Origin: a bacterium
Lineage (GTDB): Bacteria; Patescibacteriota; Patescibacteriia; SG8-24
Length of the DNA: 45,120 nucleotides
NCBI GenBank assembly: GCA_021824285.1
Contig: JAKAKZ010000006.1
Location: 1-45,120, forward strand
Direction of reading: 5' to 3'
Made by a program: the position numbers and the translations under genes. How positions within the stretch are numbered: position 1 is the stretch's first letter; each line of letters opens with the position of its first letter. This document shows positions 8,484 through 16,768 of this stretch, in pieces. The notes under the pieces were generated by a model that did not search any database, was not told where the DNA came from, and was given only the letters and a program-made list of their open reading frames with translations.

Positions 8484-9995
8484 ATGCCCAAATACTACCT
8501 CACCACCCCCATCTACTACGTGAACGACGTGCCGCACATCGGCCATTTCTACACGACCGTGGCCGCGGACGTGCTGGCGCGCTACCGCCGCCGGCGCGGC
8601 GACGAGGTGATGTTCCTCACGGGCACGGACGAGAACAGCCAGAAGAACGTCGAGGCCGCAGCCAAAAACGGCTACGCAGAGATCCAGCCGTACCTTGACA
8701 TGATGTCCGGACGCTGGCGCGAGACCTGGACCGCGCTCGACATTTCCTTTGACGATTTCATCCGCACCACCGAGGACCGGCACAAGAAAGCCGTGGAGAA
8801 ATTCTGGCGCGCGGTGGAGGCGAAGGGGGACATCTACCAGGGCGACTACGAGGGGCTGTACTGCGCGGGCTGCGAGGCCTTCGTGCTCGAGTCCGAGCTC
8901 GTGGACGGCAAATGCGCCATTCACAAGAAGGAGCCCAACCGGCTGAAGGAGAAGAACTGGTTTTTCCGCCTGTCCGGCTACCGCGAGAAGCTCCTGGCAC
9001 ACATCGACGCGCATCCGGAGTTCATCCAGCCGGTCGGCCGGCGCAACGAGGTCCGGAGCTACGTGGACAAGTTCATGTCCGACGTCAGCATCTCCCGCGA
9101 ATCCATGAAATGGGGAATTCCCGTGCCCGGCGACGCGAAGAGCGTCATTTACGTCTGGTTCGACGCCCTGATCAACTACTTGTCGGGCGTGGGCTACGGC
9201 ACGGACGACGCCGCATTCGCCAAATGGTGGCCGGCGGACCTGCATCTCGTGGGCAAGGACATCATCAAGTTCCACTGCGCGCTCTGGCCGGCGATGCTCC
9301 TGTCCGCCGGGCTGCCGCTGCCGCGCACGGTCTTCGCGCACGGCTTCTTCACCGTGAACGGCGACAAGATGTCCAAGTCGCTCGGTAACGTGGTGGATCC
9401 GAAAGGGGTTTGCGCCACCTATGGGATAGACCCAGTGCGCTACTTTCTCCTGCGCGAGATCGGCTTCGGCAGCGATGGCGACTTTTCGCTCGCGCGGCTG
9501 GCCGAACGCTACGCCGGAGATTTGGGCAACGACCTCGGCAATCTGCTGCATCGGACGCTCTCCATGACCGAAAAATATTTCGCCGGGAAGGTTCCGGCAC
9601 CCGCCACGGGCGACACGGCCGCGGTCTGGACGGCCTATGAGGCGGCCATGGACGGGCTGGATTTCGCCGCCGCGCTCGATGCGGCCTGGGGACTGATGCG
9701 CGACTCCAACCGTCTGGTGGACACCGAAAAGCCGTGGGTGCTGGCCAAAACCGACACGGTTCGGCTTGCAAACGTCATGTATACGCTCCTGGAGCGCCTA
9801 CGCCAGCTTTCCTGGCTTTTGGAGCCGTTCCTGCCGCATATCGCGCCGAAAATCCGCGAACAGCTCGGTTGCGCGGCCGCGGAACAGGGCAAAACATGGG
9901 AACAGGCCAAGATTTGGGGCGGACTGCCGGAGGGTGGTACAATCTCCAAAGGGGAACCCCTTTTCCCCAGGCTCGAAGAGCCGAAAAAAGCCTAA
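8484..9995 (+). CDS. metG: Methionine--tRNA ligase (short form without C-terminal tRNA-binding domain)
   Basis: TTPIYYVN, HIGH, zinc knuckle CAGC..CAIH, YVWFDAL, KMSKS. Confidence 0.98.
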   Translation: MPKYYLTTPIYYVNDVPHIGHFYTTVAADVLARYRRRRGDEVMFLTGTDENSQKNVEAAAKNGYAEIQPYLDMMSGRWRETWTALDISFDDFIRTTEDRHKKAVEKFWRAVEAKGDIYQGDYEGLYCAGCEAFVLESELVDGKCAIHKKEPNRLKEKNWFFRLSGYREKLLAHIDAHPEFIQPVGRRNEVRSYVDKFMSDVSISRESMKWGIPVPGDAKSVIYVWFDALINYLSGVGYGTDDAAFAKWWPADLHLVGKDIIKFHCALWPAMLLSAGLPLPRTVFAHGFFTVNGDKMSKSLGNVVDPKGVCATYGIDPVRYFLLREIGFGSDGDFSLARLAERYAGDLGNDLGNLLHRTLSMTEKYFAGKVPAPATGDTAAVWTAYEAAMDGLDFAAALDAAWGLMRDSNRLVDTEKPWVLAKTDTVRLANVMYTLLERLRQLSWLLEPFLPHIAPKIREQLGCAAAEQGKTWEQAKIWGGLPEGGTISKGEPLFPRLEEPKKA

Positions 9996-10007
9996 TCGAA
10001 TAGCCTT

Positions 10008-10520
10008 ATGACCACCGTGGATTTCGTCATCCTGGTTCTGCTGGGCGGTTTTACGCTGTTCGGGCTGTGGTTCGGCGTCATTCACATGATCGGGTCGTTC
10101 GTCGCCCTGGTGCTGGGGGCCTATGCAGCGGGGCACTATTATGAGGCTTTTGCCCAATGGATCGCCGGACTCACCGGCGGGAACCTGAATTTCTGGCGCT
10201 TGGCCTCGGTCTTCATCGTCTACGTGCTGGTCAATCGGCTGGTCGGGCTTCTCTTCTGGCTGGCTGAAAAAATATTCAATTTCGTGGCGGTCATACCGTT
10301 CCTCAAGAGCTTCAATCGGCTGCTCGGCGCGGCGCTCGGGCTCATCGAGGGCACGTTCGTGGTCGGCCTCGGCGTCTGGTTTGCGGCGCGTTTCCCGTTT
10401 TCGCCGTCTTTCACCGCCGCCCTGCAGGGTTCGCCGATCGCCCACGCCGTGCTCGGCGTCGGCTCGGTGCTCGCGCCGCTCCTGCCGGCCGCCGCGCGCC
10501 TGCTCAAGTCGGTGATCTGA
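10008..10520 (+). CDS. CvpA-family membrane protein
   Basis: N-terminal VDFVIL..GLWFG, several TM segments, NRLLGAALGLIEG. Confidence 0.85.
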   Translation: MTTVDFVILVLLGGFTLFGLWFGVIHMIGSFVALVLGAYAAGHYYEAFAQWIAGLTGGNLNFWRLASVFIVYVLVNRLVGLLFWLAEKIFNFVAVIPFLKSFNRLLGAALGLIEGTFVVGLGVWFAARFPFSPSFTAALQGSPIAHAVLGVGSVLAPLLPAAARLLKSVI

Positions 10521-10521
10521 T

Positions 10522-11364
10522 ATGCCGTACCTGATCGATACGCATGCGCATCTGGACGCGGACATCTACGCCAACGAGCTCGATATCGTGATCAAGGCGG
10601 CGCTCTCCGAGGATGTCTGGATGGTGACGCTCGGCAGCGATTACGCCTCGTCCGTGCGCGCCGTGGAGATCGCCGAACGCTATCCGACCGGCGTCTTTGC
10701 GGCTATCGGCCTGCATCCGAACCGGGTGCCGTTGGACCTCGGTTCCGCGGAGAAACCGCTGCAGCTGGAGAAGTTCGCTGAGCTGGCGATGCACCCGAAG
10801 GTGGTGGCGCTCGGCGAGACCGGTCTGGATTTCAGCGACCTGCCGCAGGGCAGCCGCGGCGGCCAGGAAGAGCAGCTGGCGGAACGGCTGAAGGCCAGCC
10901 AGAAAGTCGTCTTCGGCAAGTTCCTGGACCTGTCGCGCGAATTGCGCCTGCCGCTCCTGCTGCACTGCCGTGACGCCTATGAGGACATGTTCGGCATGCT
11001 CGAGACGTGGGACAAGACGACGCGCGGCTTCGATTCGCGCGGCATCCTGCACGGCTTCAGCGGTTCCTGGAAGGATGCCAAGCGGTTTTTCGGTCTGGAT
11101 TTCCTGATTTCCGTGACCGGCATCATCGCGCACGGCGCCTACCAGTCGGAACTGACCAGGAAGGCGCCGCTGTCGCGTCTCGTGCTGGAGAGCGATTGTC
11201 CGCACCTGACGGCCATGCCGTGGAACCTGCGGCGCAGCGAGCCCGGCTACCTGCCTTCCGTGCTGTCTTCGGTTGCCGGTACGCGCCGCGAAGCACCGGA
11301 GCTGGTGGCCCAGGAGACGACGCGCAACGCGCTTAATGTCCTTAAGAAGATAGCGCGCTCCTAG
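10522..11364 (+). CDS. TatD-family hydrolase/nuclease (paralog 1)
   Basis: IDTHAHL, IGLHP, GETGLDF, LHCRDA, LHGF, LESDCP. Confidence 0.92.
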   Translation: MPYLIDTHAHLDADIYANELDIVIKAALSEDVWMVTLGSDYASSVRAVEIAERYPTGVFAAIGLHPNRVPLDLGSAEKPLQLEKFAELAMHPKVVALGETGLDFSDLPQGSRGGQEEQLAERLKASQKVVFGKFLDLSRELRLPLLLHCRDAYEDMFGMLETWDKTTRGFDSRGILHGFSGSWKDAKRFFGLDFLISVTGIIAHGAYQSELTRKAPLSRLVLESDCPHLTAMPWNLRRSEPGYLPSVLSSVAGTRREAPELVAQETTRNALNVLKKIARS

Positions 11365-11372
11365 CGGGCGGA

Positions 11373-11457
11373 AGATGAAAGCTCGGAATCCAGAGCCTGG
11401 AGATGTACGTTAGCTTCAGCCCACCGGCTTTAAGCTTTCAGCGCCCTGCTGTAAGCT
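11373..11457. repeat. Degenerate 7-bp periodic inverted arrays between the tatD paralogs
   Basis: AGATGAA AGCTCGG AATCCAG AGCCTGG AGATGTA; GTTAGCT TCAGCCC ACCGGCT TTAAGCT TTCAGCG CCCTGCT GTAAGCT. Confidence 0.55.
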
Positions 11458-11460
11458 CGG

Positions 11461-12360
11461 ATGACTATGCCCAACCAGCGTGCCCGTTACGTCGACGCCC
11501 ACTGCCACGTGAACTTCAACGCCTATGGTGACGAGACCGAGGCGGTGGTGGCGCGCGCCAGGGCGGCCGGAGTCGCCATGGTGGCCGTCGGTTCGCGCTT
11601 CGAGACGAGCGTGTCGGCCTGCGGGTGCGCCGATCTGCACGACAACGTCTGGGCGGTGGTCGGCATGCATCCGACCCACTGCTTCGATTCTTTCGAGGAT
11701 CCGGCGGAAGAGGGGAGCGGCCGGCACGAGAAATTCGATCCGGCGCGCTATCTTGCCCTGGCCAGGACGCACAAGAAGGTCATCGCCATCGGCGAGTGCG
11801 GTATCGACTATTATCATCTGCCGGCCAAGGTGGAGCTTCCGCAGGTGCGCGAACGGCAGATGGACGTCCTGCGGCAGCATGCGGACATCGCTTTGGAGTC
11901 CGGCCGGCCGCTCATGATCCACACGCGTGACGGCAAGGGCGGCGAAAGCGCGCACACGGATGTGCTGGCCGTGCTCCGCGAATATGCCGCGGCGGGTAAG
12001 CCGCTCCGCGGCGATATTCATTGCTTCAGCGGCCGGTGGGCCGAGGCCGAGCAGTATCTGGATTTCGGCTTTTACCTTTCCTTCACGGGCAATCTGACCT
12101 ATCCGCCACGGTCGGCTGAAAAGAAGGCCGGGGAGACGCTGGCGGATGTCGTGCGGCGCATGCCCTTCGACCGCATCATCGCGGAGACCGATGCGCCGTA
12201 CCTGGCGCCCGTGCCGCACCGCGGCGAGCGTAACGAGCCGGCCTATGTCCTGGAAGTCGTGAAGAAGATCGCCGAGATCCGCGGCGTCAGCGAGGCAGAG
12301 GCCCAGAGCCAGATCCTGGAGAACACGGAGCGGATGTATGGGGTGGAGTTTGTCTGGTAG
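11461..12360 (+). CDS. TatD-family hydrolase/nuclease (paralog 2)
   Basis: VDAHCH, VGMHP, IGECGIDY, IHTRD, IHCFSG, ETDAPYLAPVPHRGERNEP; alternative start at 11467. Confidence 0.94.
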   Translation: MTMPNQRARYVDAHCHVNFNAYGDETEAVVARARAAGVAMVAVGSRFETSVSACGCADLHDNVWAVVGMHPTHCFDSFEDPAEEGSGRHEKFDPARYLALARTHKKVIAIGECGIDYYHLPAKVELPQVRERQMDVLRQHADIALESGRPLMIHTRDGKGGESAHTDVLAVLREYAAAGKPLRGDIHCFSGRWAEAEQYLDFGFYLSFTGNLTYPPRSAEKKAGETLADVVRRMPFDRIIAETDAPYLAPVPHRGERNEPAYVLEVVKKIAEIRGVSEAEAQSQILENTERMYGVEFVW

Positions 12361-12374
12361 ATCGGTTGGTTTGG

Positions 12375-12495
12375 GGGTCGGAGAGTCGAAGGGTCGGAAG
12401 GTGGTGATGTTTTTAAAATCAAAAATCGCGTCCTCAGACGCGGTTTTTATTTTCGCTTTTAGACCCTTAAACTTTTAAACCCTTACACCCATAAA
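12375..12495. repeat. Degenerate 8-bp periodic arrays flanking a terminator
   Basis: GGGTCGGA GAGTCGAA GGGTCGGA (12375-12398); CTTTTAGA CCCTTAAA CTTTTAAA CCCTTACA CCCATAAA (12456-12495). Confidence 0.7.
12421..12453 (+). terminator. Intrinsic terminator after tatD
   Basis: AAAAATCGCGTC-ctca-GACGCGGTTTTT then ATTTT. Confidence 0.8.
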
Positions 12496-12530
12496 ATAAA
12501 GAGGCCCGACACGTGTACCGTGTCGGGCCT
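12493..12530 (-). terminator. Intrinsic terminator of the minus-strand orphan gene
   Basis: AGGCCCGACAC-7 nt-GTGTCGGGCCT with a T-rich tail on the minus strand. Confidence 0.8.
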
Positions 12531-12558
12531 GCAGTTTACTACTGGCCGCAGAGGCTGC

Positions 12559-13839
12559 CTAGCCGCCCGAGGGCAGCTTGCCGGTGAGGGCGGCGAGTGC
12601 GGCGAGGCCCTTCACGGGCTCCGCCTTCTTCTCCGTCTTCTTGGCCGCGGCCTTGGGCTGCTTGGCCGCCTGCACCAGGGCCTCGTACCGCCGCTTCGCT
12701 CCCGAGTTCTCCCGCTCGATCATCTTCTTGACCTGCGGGTCCGCGTTCTCCGGCACCGGCTTGTAGACCGGCTCCTGGATCGCGCTGGCCCTGACCTCGA
12801 CGGTCGGCTCCGGCGCGGGCTCGGCGGCGGTCAGGGCCACCTCGGTCTTGACCGTCTCGCTCACCGTCGGCGTCTCCGCCAGCGGCAGCTCCACGTTCTC
12901 GACCTCGATGTCCTCGGCCTTGGCGGTCACGGTCGGCTCGGCCATGGGCGCCTTGGTGATCGCGATCATCACGACCCCCTCGGCGGCCTCGGCCTGGACC
13001 TTCCCGGTCTCGGCCTTGCCCTGGCGCTTCGCCTGCCGCTCCTCGCGGCGCAGCTCCTCGTTGAGCTTCAGCGCGGTCTCGTAGACCGTCTTCAGCTCGC
13101 GGATGTGCTCCTCGACCATGCGACGGGCCTCCGGCACCCGGCCGACCCGAGCCTTGTCGGACTCGAGCTGGGACCGGAGCTTGTTGTGGCAGGCGTTGAT
13201 GACCGCCGTCGGGGCCTTGGGGTTCTTCACCCCGAGGACCTCGAAGACGTTCCGCAGCTGCCCCCGGTACTGCACGAGCCCCATCTGGACCTGCTGGTCC
13301 TTGGAGACCGTGTCGCCGAGCTTCGCGCTGCCGCCCACCGTCTGCTCCGTCACGAACCCCTTGGCGACGAAGCTGAAGCCGTCCGGGCTGATCACGCCGC
13401 GGTAGCGGCGGACCTCGTTCACCGCGGGCTGGAAGCCGTGCTCCACGTAGGCGAACTGCCCGTTGGGCATGTACGCCAGGCAGAACTTGCTCCCGTCGCC
13501 GCGCTTGTGCTCCCGGAACTTCAGGTCCGCGTGCAGCGCGTTGCGGAGCGCCGCGTCAGTCATCCAGACCTCCTGGGGGAGGCCGTCGGTGCTGATGGGG
13601 GCCGCGAAGAGCCGCTTCCCCATGTCCCACCGCAGGCAGCGGTAGGAGACTTCGGGGTTGGGGTTGAAGCGGATGACGGGGTGCGTGAGCCGCCCGTCGC
13701 CGCCCTCGCACACCTTGGCGCCGTAGTCGTCGACGTCGAAGATGATGTCGGCGATCTCGGGCTCGGGGAGGCGGTTGCGGCTGTCCTGGTTGCGGCGGTT
13801 CTGCTGGGGACGGCGGTTGTTGCGGTTGTCTCGGTTCAT
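12559..13839 (-). CDS. Hypothetical 426-aa protein: R/N/Q-rich N-terminus, beta-rich region, degenerate J-like domain, Glu/Pro/Ala/Lys-rich tail
   Basis: Strong GC3 bias in this frame, SD AGGAG before ATG 13839, own promoter and terminator; segment NVFEVLGV...KLRSQLESDK...IRELKTVYETAL. Confidence 0.8.
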   Translation of the reverse strand: MNRDNRNNRRPQQNRRNQDSRNRLPEPEIADIIFDVDDYGAKVCEGGDGRLTHPVIRFNPNPEVSYRCLRWDMGKRLFAAPISTDGLPQEVWMTDAALRNALHADLKFREHKRGDGSKFCLAYMPNGQFAYVEHGFQPAVNEVRRYRGVISPDGFSFVAKGFVTEQTVGGSAKLGDTVSKDQQVQMGLVQYRGQLRNVFEVLGVKNPKAPTAVINACHNKLRSQLESDKARVGRVPEARRMVEEHIRELKTVYETALKLNEELRREERQAKRQGKAETGKVQAEAAEGVVMIAITKAPMAEPTVTAKAEDIEVENVELPLAETPTVSETVKTEVALTAAEPAPEPTVEVRASAIQEPVYKPVPENADPQVKKMIERENSGAKRRYEALVQAAKQPKAAAKKTEKKAEPVKGLAALAALTGKLPSGG

Positions 13840-14050
13840 TTCGGTCTCCTGGATACCCCATTCTGCTGGGGTCGGCATGGGGCCCGCTCCTCCGGATGAG
13901 GAAACGGGCAGTTTAGGTGGACGTCGGCCACGATGGCTTCGGTCCGTCAAGCTGCGGTTTGACACATCCTTCGGTCGCTGCGGTGCCCAGGCCAGGGGCG
14001 AAATTTGGCCAAAACTAGCTCCTTGTTTGGGTTTGTCTGTTGCCTCTGCG

Positions 14051-14098
14051 GTTTTCAAAGGACGTGCTATTCATATCATATTTTGGGCATTTTGTCAA
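14051..14098 (-). promoter_or_regulatory. Sigma70-like promoter followed by a boxA-like motif
   Basis: Minus strand: TTGACA-17-TATGAA (TGn-extended), 6 nt, GTCCTTTGAAAAC. Confidence 0.6.
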
Positions 14099-14222
14099 GA
14101 TTGGTTGACATCGGCGGAGATAAAAAGGAAAATATCCGCTTCCTATGCTTAAACCACTAGCGCCCAATCGCCAGATATGGTAAGAAGCCGCCAGGCTTAA
14201 GTGCCCGTATATCCGCGTATTT

Positions 14223-15617
14223 ATGTCCGAAGGGACGTCGCCGAGCGTACTGACCGCCGAGCCTGTTTCGGAAAACCAGGAAAAGACGCAACCCGAAGCC
14301 GCGCCCAAGAAGCGCCGGTTCGTGGCCTACCGCCTCGAACGCGACGCTCAGGCGGCTTCATTTTATTTCAATGAAGAATTCGAGGAGTGGGATCGCGCCG
14401 CCGCGGAGTACCGGCTCAAGCGCAGCCGCGCGGCCATCGCCGTACCGGCCGAGGCCCAGCGCCGCTTTATGGCCGGCGACGACGCCTTCCGCGTCACACT
14501 GGCGGAATTCTGCAACGGACTGCGCCGCGAGCTCGACGGCCGAGGCGTGAAGATGTATTTCGACATCGCCAAGGGCGAGGAAGCGGCAACGCCGGTCCGC
14601 GCCAAATGGACCTACTACCTGATGGGCCGCCGCGTGGACGAGTTGCTGGAGTGGGAACTCCTGCCGCCGGTCCGCGAGATGATCCGCGTGGCCGAGACGA
14701 ACCGCCATCTTTGGCCGCAGGTGGAAGGCGGGGAGGCGGTCGATGCGGAAACGGAGACCGAAGCGTTCCGCCGCCTGCGTCAGCTGCACCGGAAGTACGG
14801 CACTTGCCGCTATTACGAGACGCGCGAATGGAAACTCTGGTTCGGCCGGGCCATGCAGGCGAAGCGCGACCGGCTGATCACCGGCGAGCTCCAGCGGCTG
14901 TGCGACGAGCAGTTCCCCAGCGAGCCTTTCGGTCCGCGAGTGGAGCCGATTGCCGAGGAACTGGACGCGGTCATCCGTGCCAAGATCGTGGCCGAGGCCG
15001 AGGCCCTGCTTGAGGGCGTGGTTGGTCGCATGGACCTGCCGGCGGACGGCAGCACGGAAAGTTCGGCGGAACGCCACATTTCCGGACTGGCCAAATCGCT
15101 CGTCGAGCTGCTGTCGAACCGCTATAACGCCCAGTGTGAACGCCGCGCGGGGCGCGATTCCGTAGCCGCTTTGGTCCGCGAGACGCTCGACTTGCGCCGT
15201 CAGATTCGGGCGCGGGAAGAGGCTCGGACGGCTGCGGCCGCGGAGGAGATCTGCCGCCGGCTGGAGGACGGCGCGGGCGGCTTTAGCGTGGATATCGGTT
15301 CGGCGGAGGAGGGGCTGGAGCAGGTGCTGCGCCGCGTCACCGAGCGTTTTGTGAAGTACCCGCTGTCTGGCCTGCCGGAGGAGGCCGAGTACGATTCCGG
15401 TGCCGTGGAGATCATCGCTTCGCGCATCCGTATGTTGGCCTTCGGCGAGGCGACGCCGGCGCTCTCGGCCAAGTTCCGCAGCAATGTCGCGTCCTACGAT
15501 TCGGCGAGCGGCCGTCTGACCGTGCATGATGCGCGCCGCCTGGAATCCTTCGTCAACCGCCTCTACGCCGGGGTGGCGCCGAAGAGCGTCGCGAGCGAGA
15601 TGGCGCCGACCGCATGA
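14223..15617 (+). CDS. Hypothetical protein (464 aa, charged, probably helical)
   Basis: Long ORF with genome-typical codon bias and an AT-rich upstream region; no recognisable motif. Confidence 0.75.
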   Translation: MSEGTSPSVLTAEPVSENQEKTQPEAAPKKRRFVAYRLERDAQAASFYFNEEFEEWDRAAAEYRLKRSRAAIAVPAEAQRRFMAGDDAFRVTLAEFCNGLRRELDGRGVKMYFDIAKGEEAATPVRAKWTYYLMGRRVDELLEWELLPPVREMIRVAETNRHLWPQVEGGEAVDAETETEAFRRLRQLHRKYGTCRYYETREWKLWFGRAMQAKRDRLITGELQRLCDEQFPSEPFGPRVEPIAEELDAVIRAKIVAEAEALLEGVVGRMDLPADGSTESSAERHISGLAKSLVELLSNRYNAQCERRAGRDSVAALVRETLDLRRQIRAREEARTAAAAEEICRRLEDGAGGFSVDIGSAEEGLEQVLRRVTERFVKYPLSGLPEEAEYDSGAVEIIASRIRMLAFGEATPALSAKFRSNVASYDSASGRLTVHDARRLESFVNRLYAGVAPKSVASEMAPTA

Positions 15618-15685
15618 CGTCAATTGACATCGGTCTTTTTTCCGTGACATGATGACGCCATAGGCACTTATATCCGGAGATAATT

Positions 15686-15850
15686 ATGACCCTGCCCGCC
15701 TGGCAAATCGAAGAGATCGAAAAGGAGCGGCGACGTCGGGAACAGCCGGAGCGGGAAAGACCGCGTCTGCCGGTGCCGGAGCCGCCGCCACCGCCGGAGA
15801 AAGAACCGGACCGCAAAAAGGACGATGGCGTCATAACCATCGACTTGTGA
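15686..15850 (+). CDS. Small protein (54 aa, absent from the ORF track): MTLPAWQIEEIEKERRRREQPERERPRLPVPEPPPPPEKEPDRKKDDGVITIDL
   Basis: Promoter TTGACA(15624)-18-CATGAT, SD GGAG, ATG 15686 to TGA 15850, immediately followed by a terminator. Confidence 0.75.
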   Translation: MTLPAWQIEEIEKERRRREQPERERPRLPVPEPPPPPEKEPDRKKDDGVITIDL

Positions 15851-15867
15851 CGGACTACAATGGAGAC

Positions 15868-15898
15868 AGCCGTCCGCTTCGGGCGGCTTTTCTTTTTG
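15868..15898 (+). terminator. Intrinsic terminator
   Basis: AGCCGTCC-gcttc-GGGCGGCT followed by TTTCTTTTT. Confidence 0.8.
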
Positions 15899-15994
15899 TA
15901 TTGCCGCTGTCATGGCGTTCCATGACGTCTTTCAGCTTTAAAAAGGTAAAGTTGTTGTCTAGGCGCATGACAGCGTGATATCATGTCCGCAAAT

Positions 15995-16768
15995 ATGGAC
16001 GCTGTCCGTCTGCTGGAACAATTGGGACTGCCGCAACGGGAGATACGCGTCTACCTGGCCCTACTGACCGGAGGGCCTTCTTCGGTCCGGAAATTGGCCA
16101 AGGACACCGGCCTGAATCGCGGCAGCGCCTATGACGCGCTGAAATCCCTGCAGCAGCGCGGTCTCACGGGCATGTACCAGAAGCATAAGAAGCAGTTCTT
16201 TATGGCCGAAGAGCCGGAAAAGCTCTTGGACCTCGTGGAGCTTCAGGAGCGCTCGATCGTCTCGCTCAAACGCGGCGTCTCCGAAGCGCTGCCGGAGCTG
16301 CGGTCGCTTTATGTCCACGGCGGGAGCAAGCCGGTGGTCAAGTATTATGAGGGCCCGAAGGGCGTGAACATCATCCTGCATGACGTCCTGCGGACGATGT
16401 CCGAGAGCGCCGACAAGACCTACCGCGTCTACTCGTCCGTGGCTTTGCGTGAATATATCTACAAGGAATTTCCGCACTTCACGAAGGAACGGGTGGCCCG
16501 CGGCCTGCATGTGCGGGTCATCGCGGTTGGGGCCGGCGGCGCGGAGCAGCCGCTGTCGGAGCGGCGCTGGCTGCCGGCGCAGGACGGTTCGCCGACCTAC
16601 AATATCGTCTATGGCGGCAAGGTGGCTTTCCTGTCGCAGGACGGCCGTGGCGCGCTCATCGGCGTGCTCGTCGAGGACGAGCGGGTGGCCCAATCGGAGC
16701 GGCTTATCTTCGATCATGTCTGGGCCACGCTGGAGCAAGTGAAAACGCCGGTATGCGCTCGGTCGTGA
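15995..16768 (+). CDS. TrmB-family HTH transcriptional regulator
   Basis: LEQLGL..REIRVYLALL..G, HTH RGSAYDALKSLQQRGL, KPVVKYYEG; ATG 15995 preferred because the -10 TATCAT overlaps ATG 15983. Confidence 0.88.
   Translation: MDAVRLLEQLGLPQREIRVYLALLTGGPSSVRKLAKDTGLNRGSAYDALKSLQQRGLTGMYQKHKKQFFMAEEPEKLLDLVELQERSIVSLKRGVSEALPELRSLYVHGGSKPVVKYYEGPKGVNIILHDVLRTMSESADKTYRVYSSVALREYIYKEFPHFTKERVARGLHVRVIAVGAGGAEQPLSERRWLPAQDGSPTYNIVYGGKVAFLSQDGRGALIGVLVEDERVAQSERLIFDHVWATLEQVKTPVCARS

Noticed and set aside
12520-13899. 459-aa plus-strand ORF
   Set aside because: Antisense shadow of the GC3-rich minus-strand gene, which has the promoter, SD and terminator
13900-13975. Possible c-di-GMP-I riboswitch in the orphan's leader (GTCAAACC..GGACCGAAGCC..CCTAAAC)
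   Set aside because: Only a faint resemblance; lacks the GNRA-capped P2 and the GCAAA core spacing. Kept as an unassigned structured leader
14358-15650. 430-aa minus-strand ORF
   Set aside because: Shadow of 14223-15617; composition typical of antisense frames in GC-rich DNA
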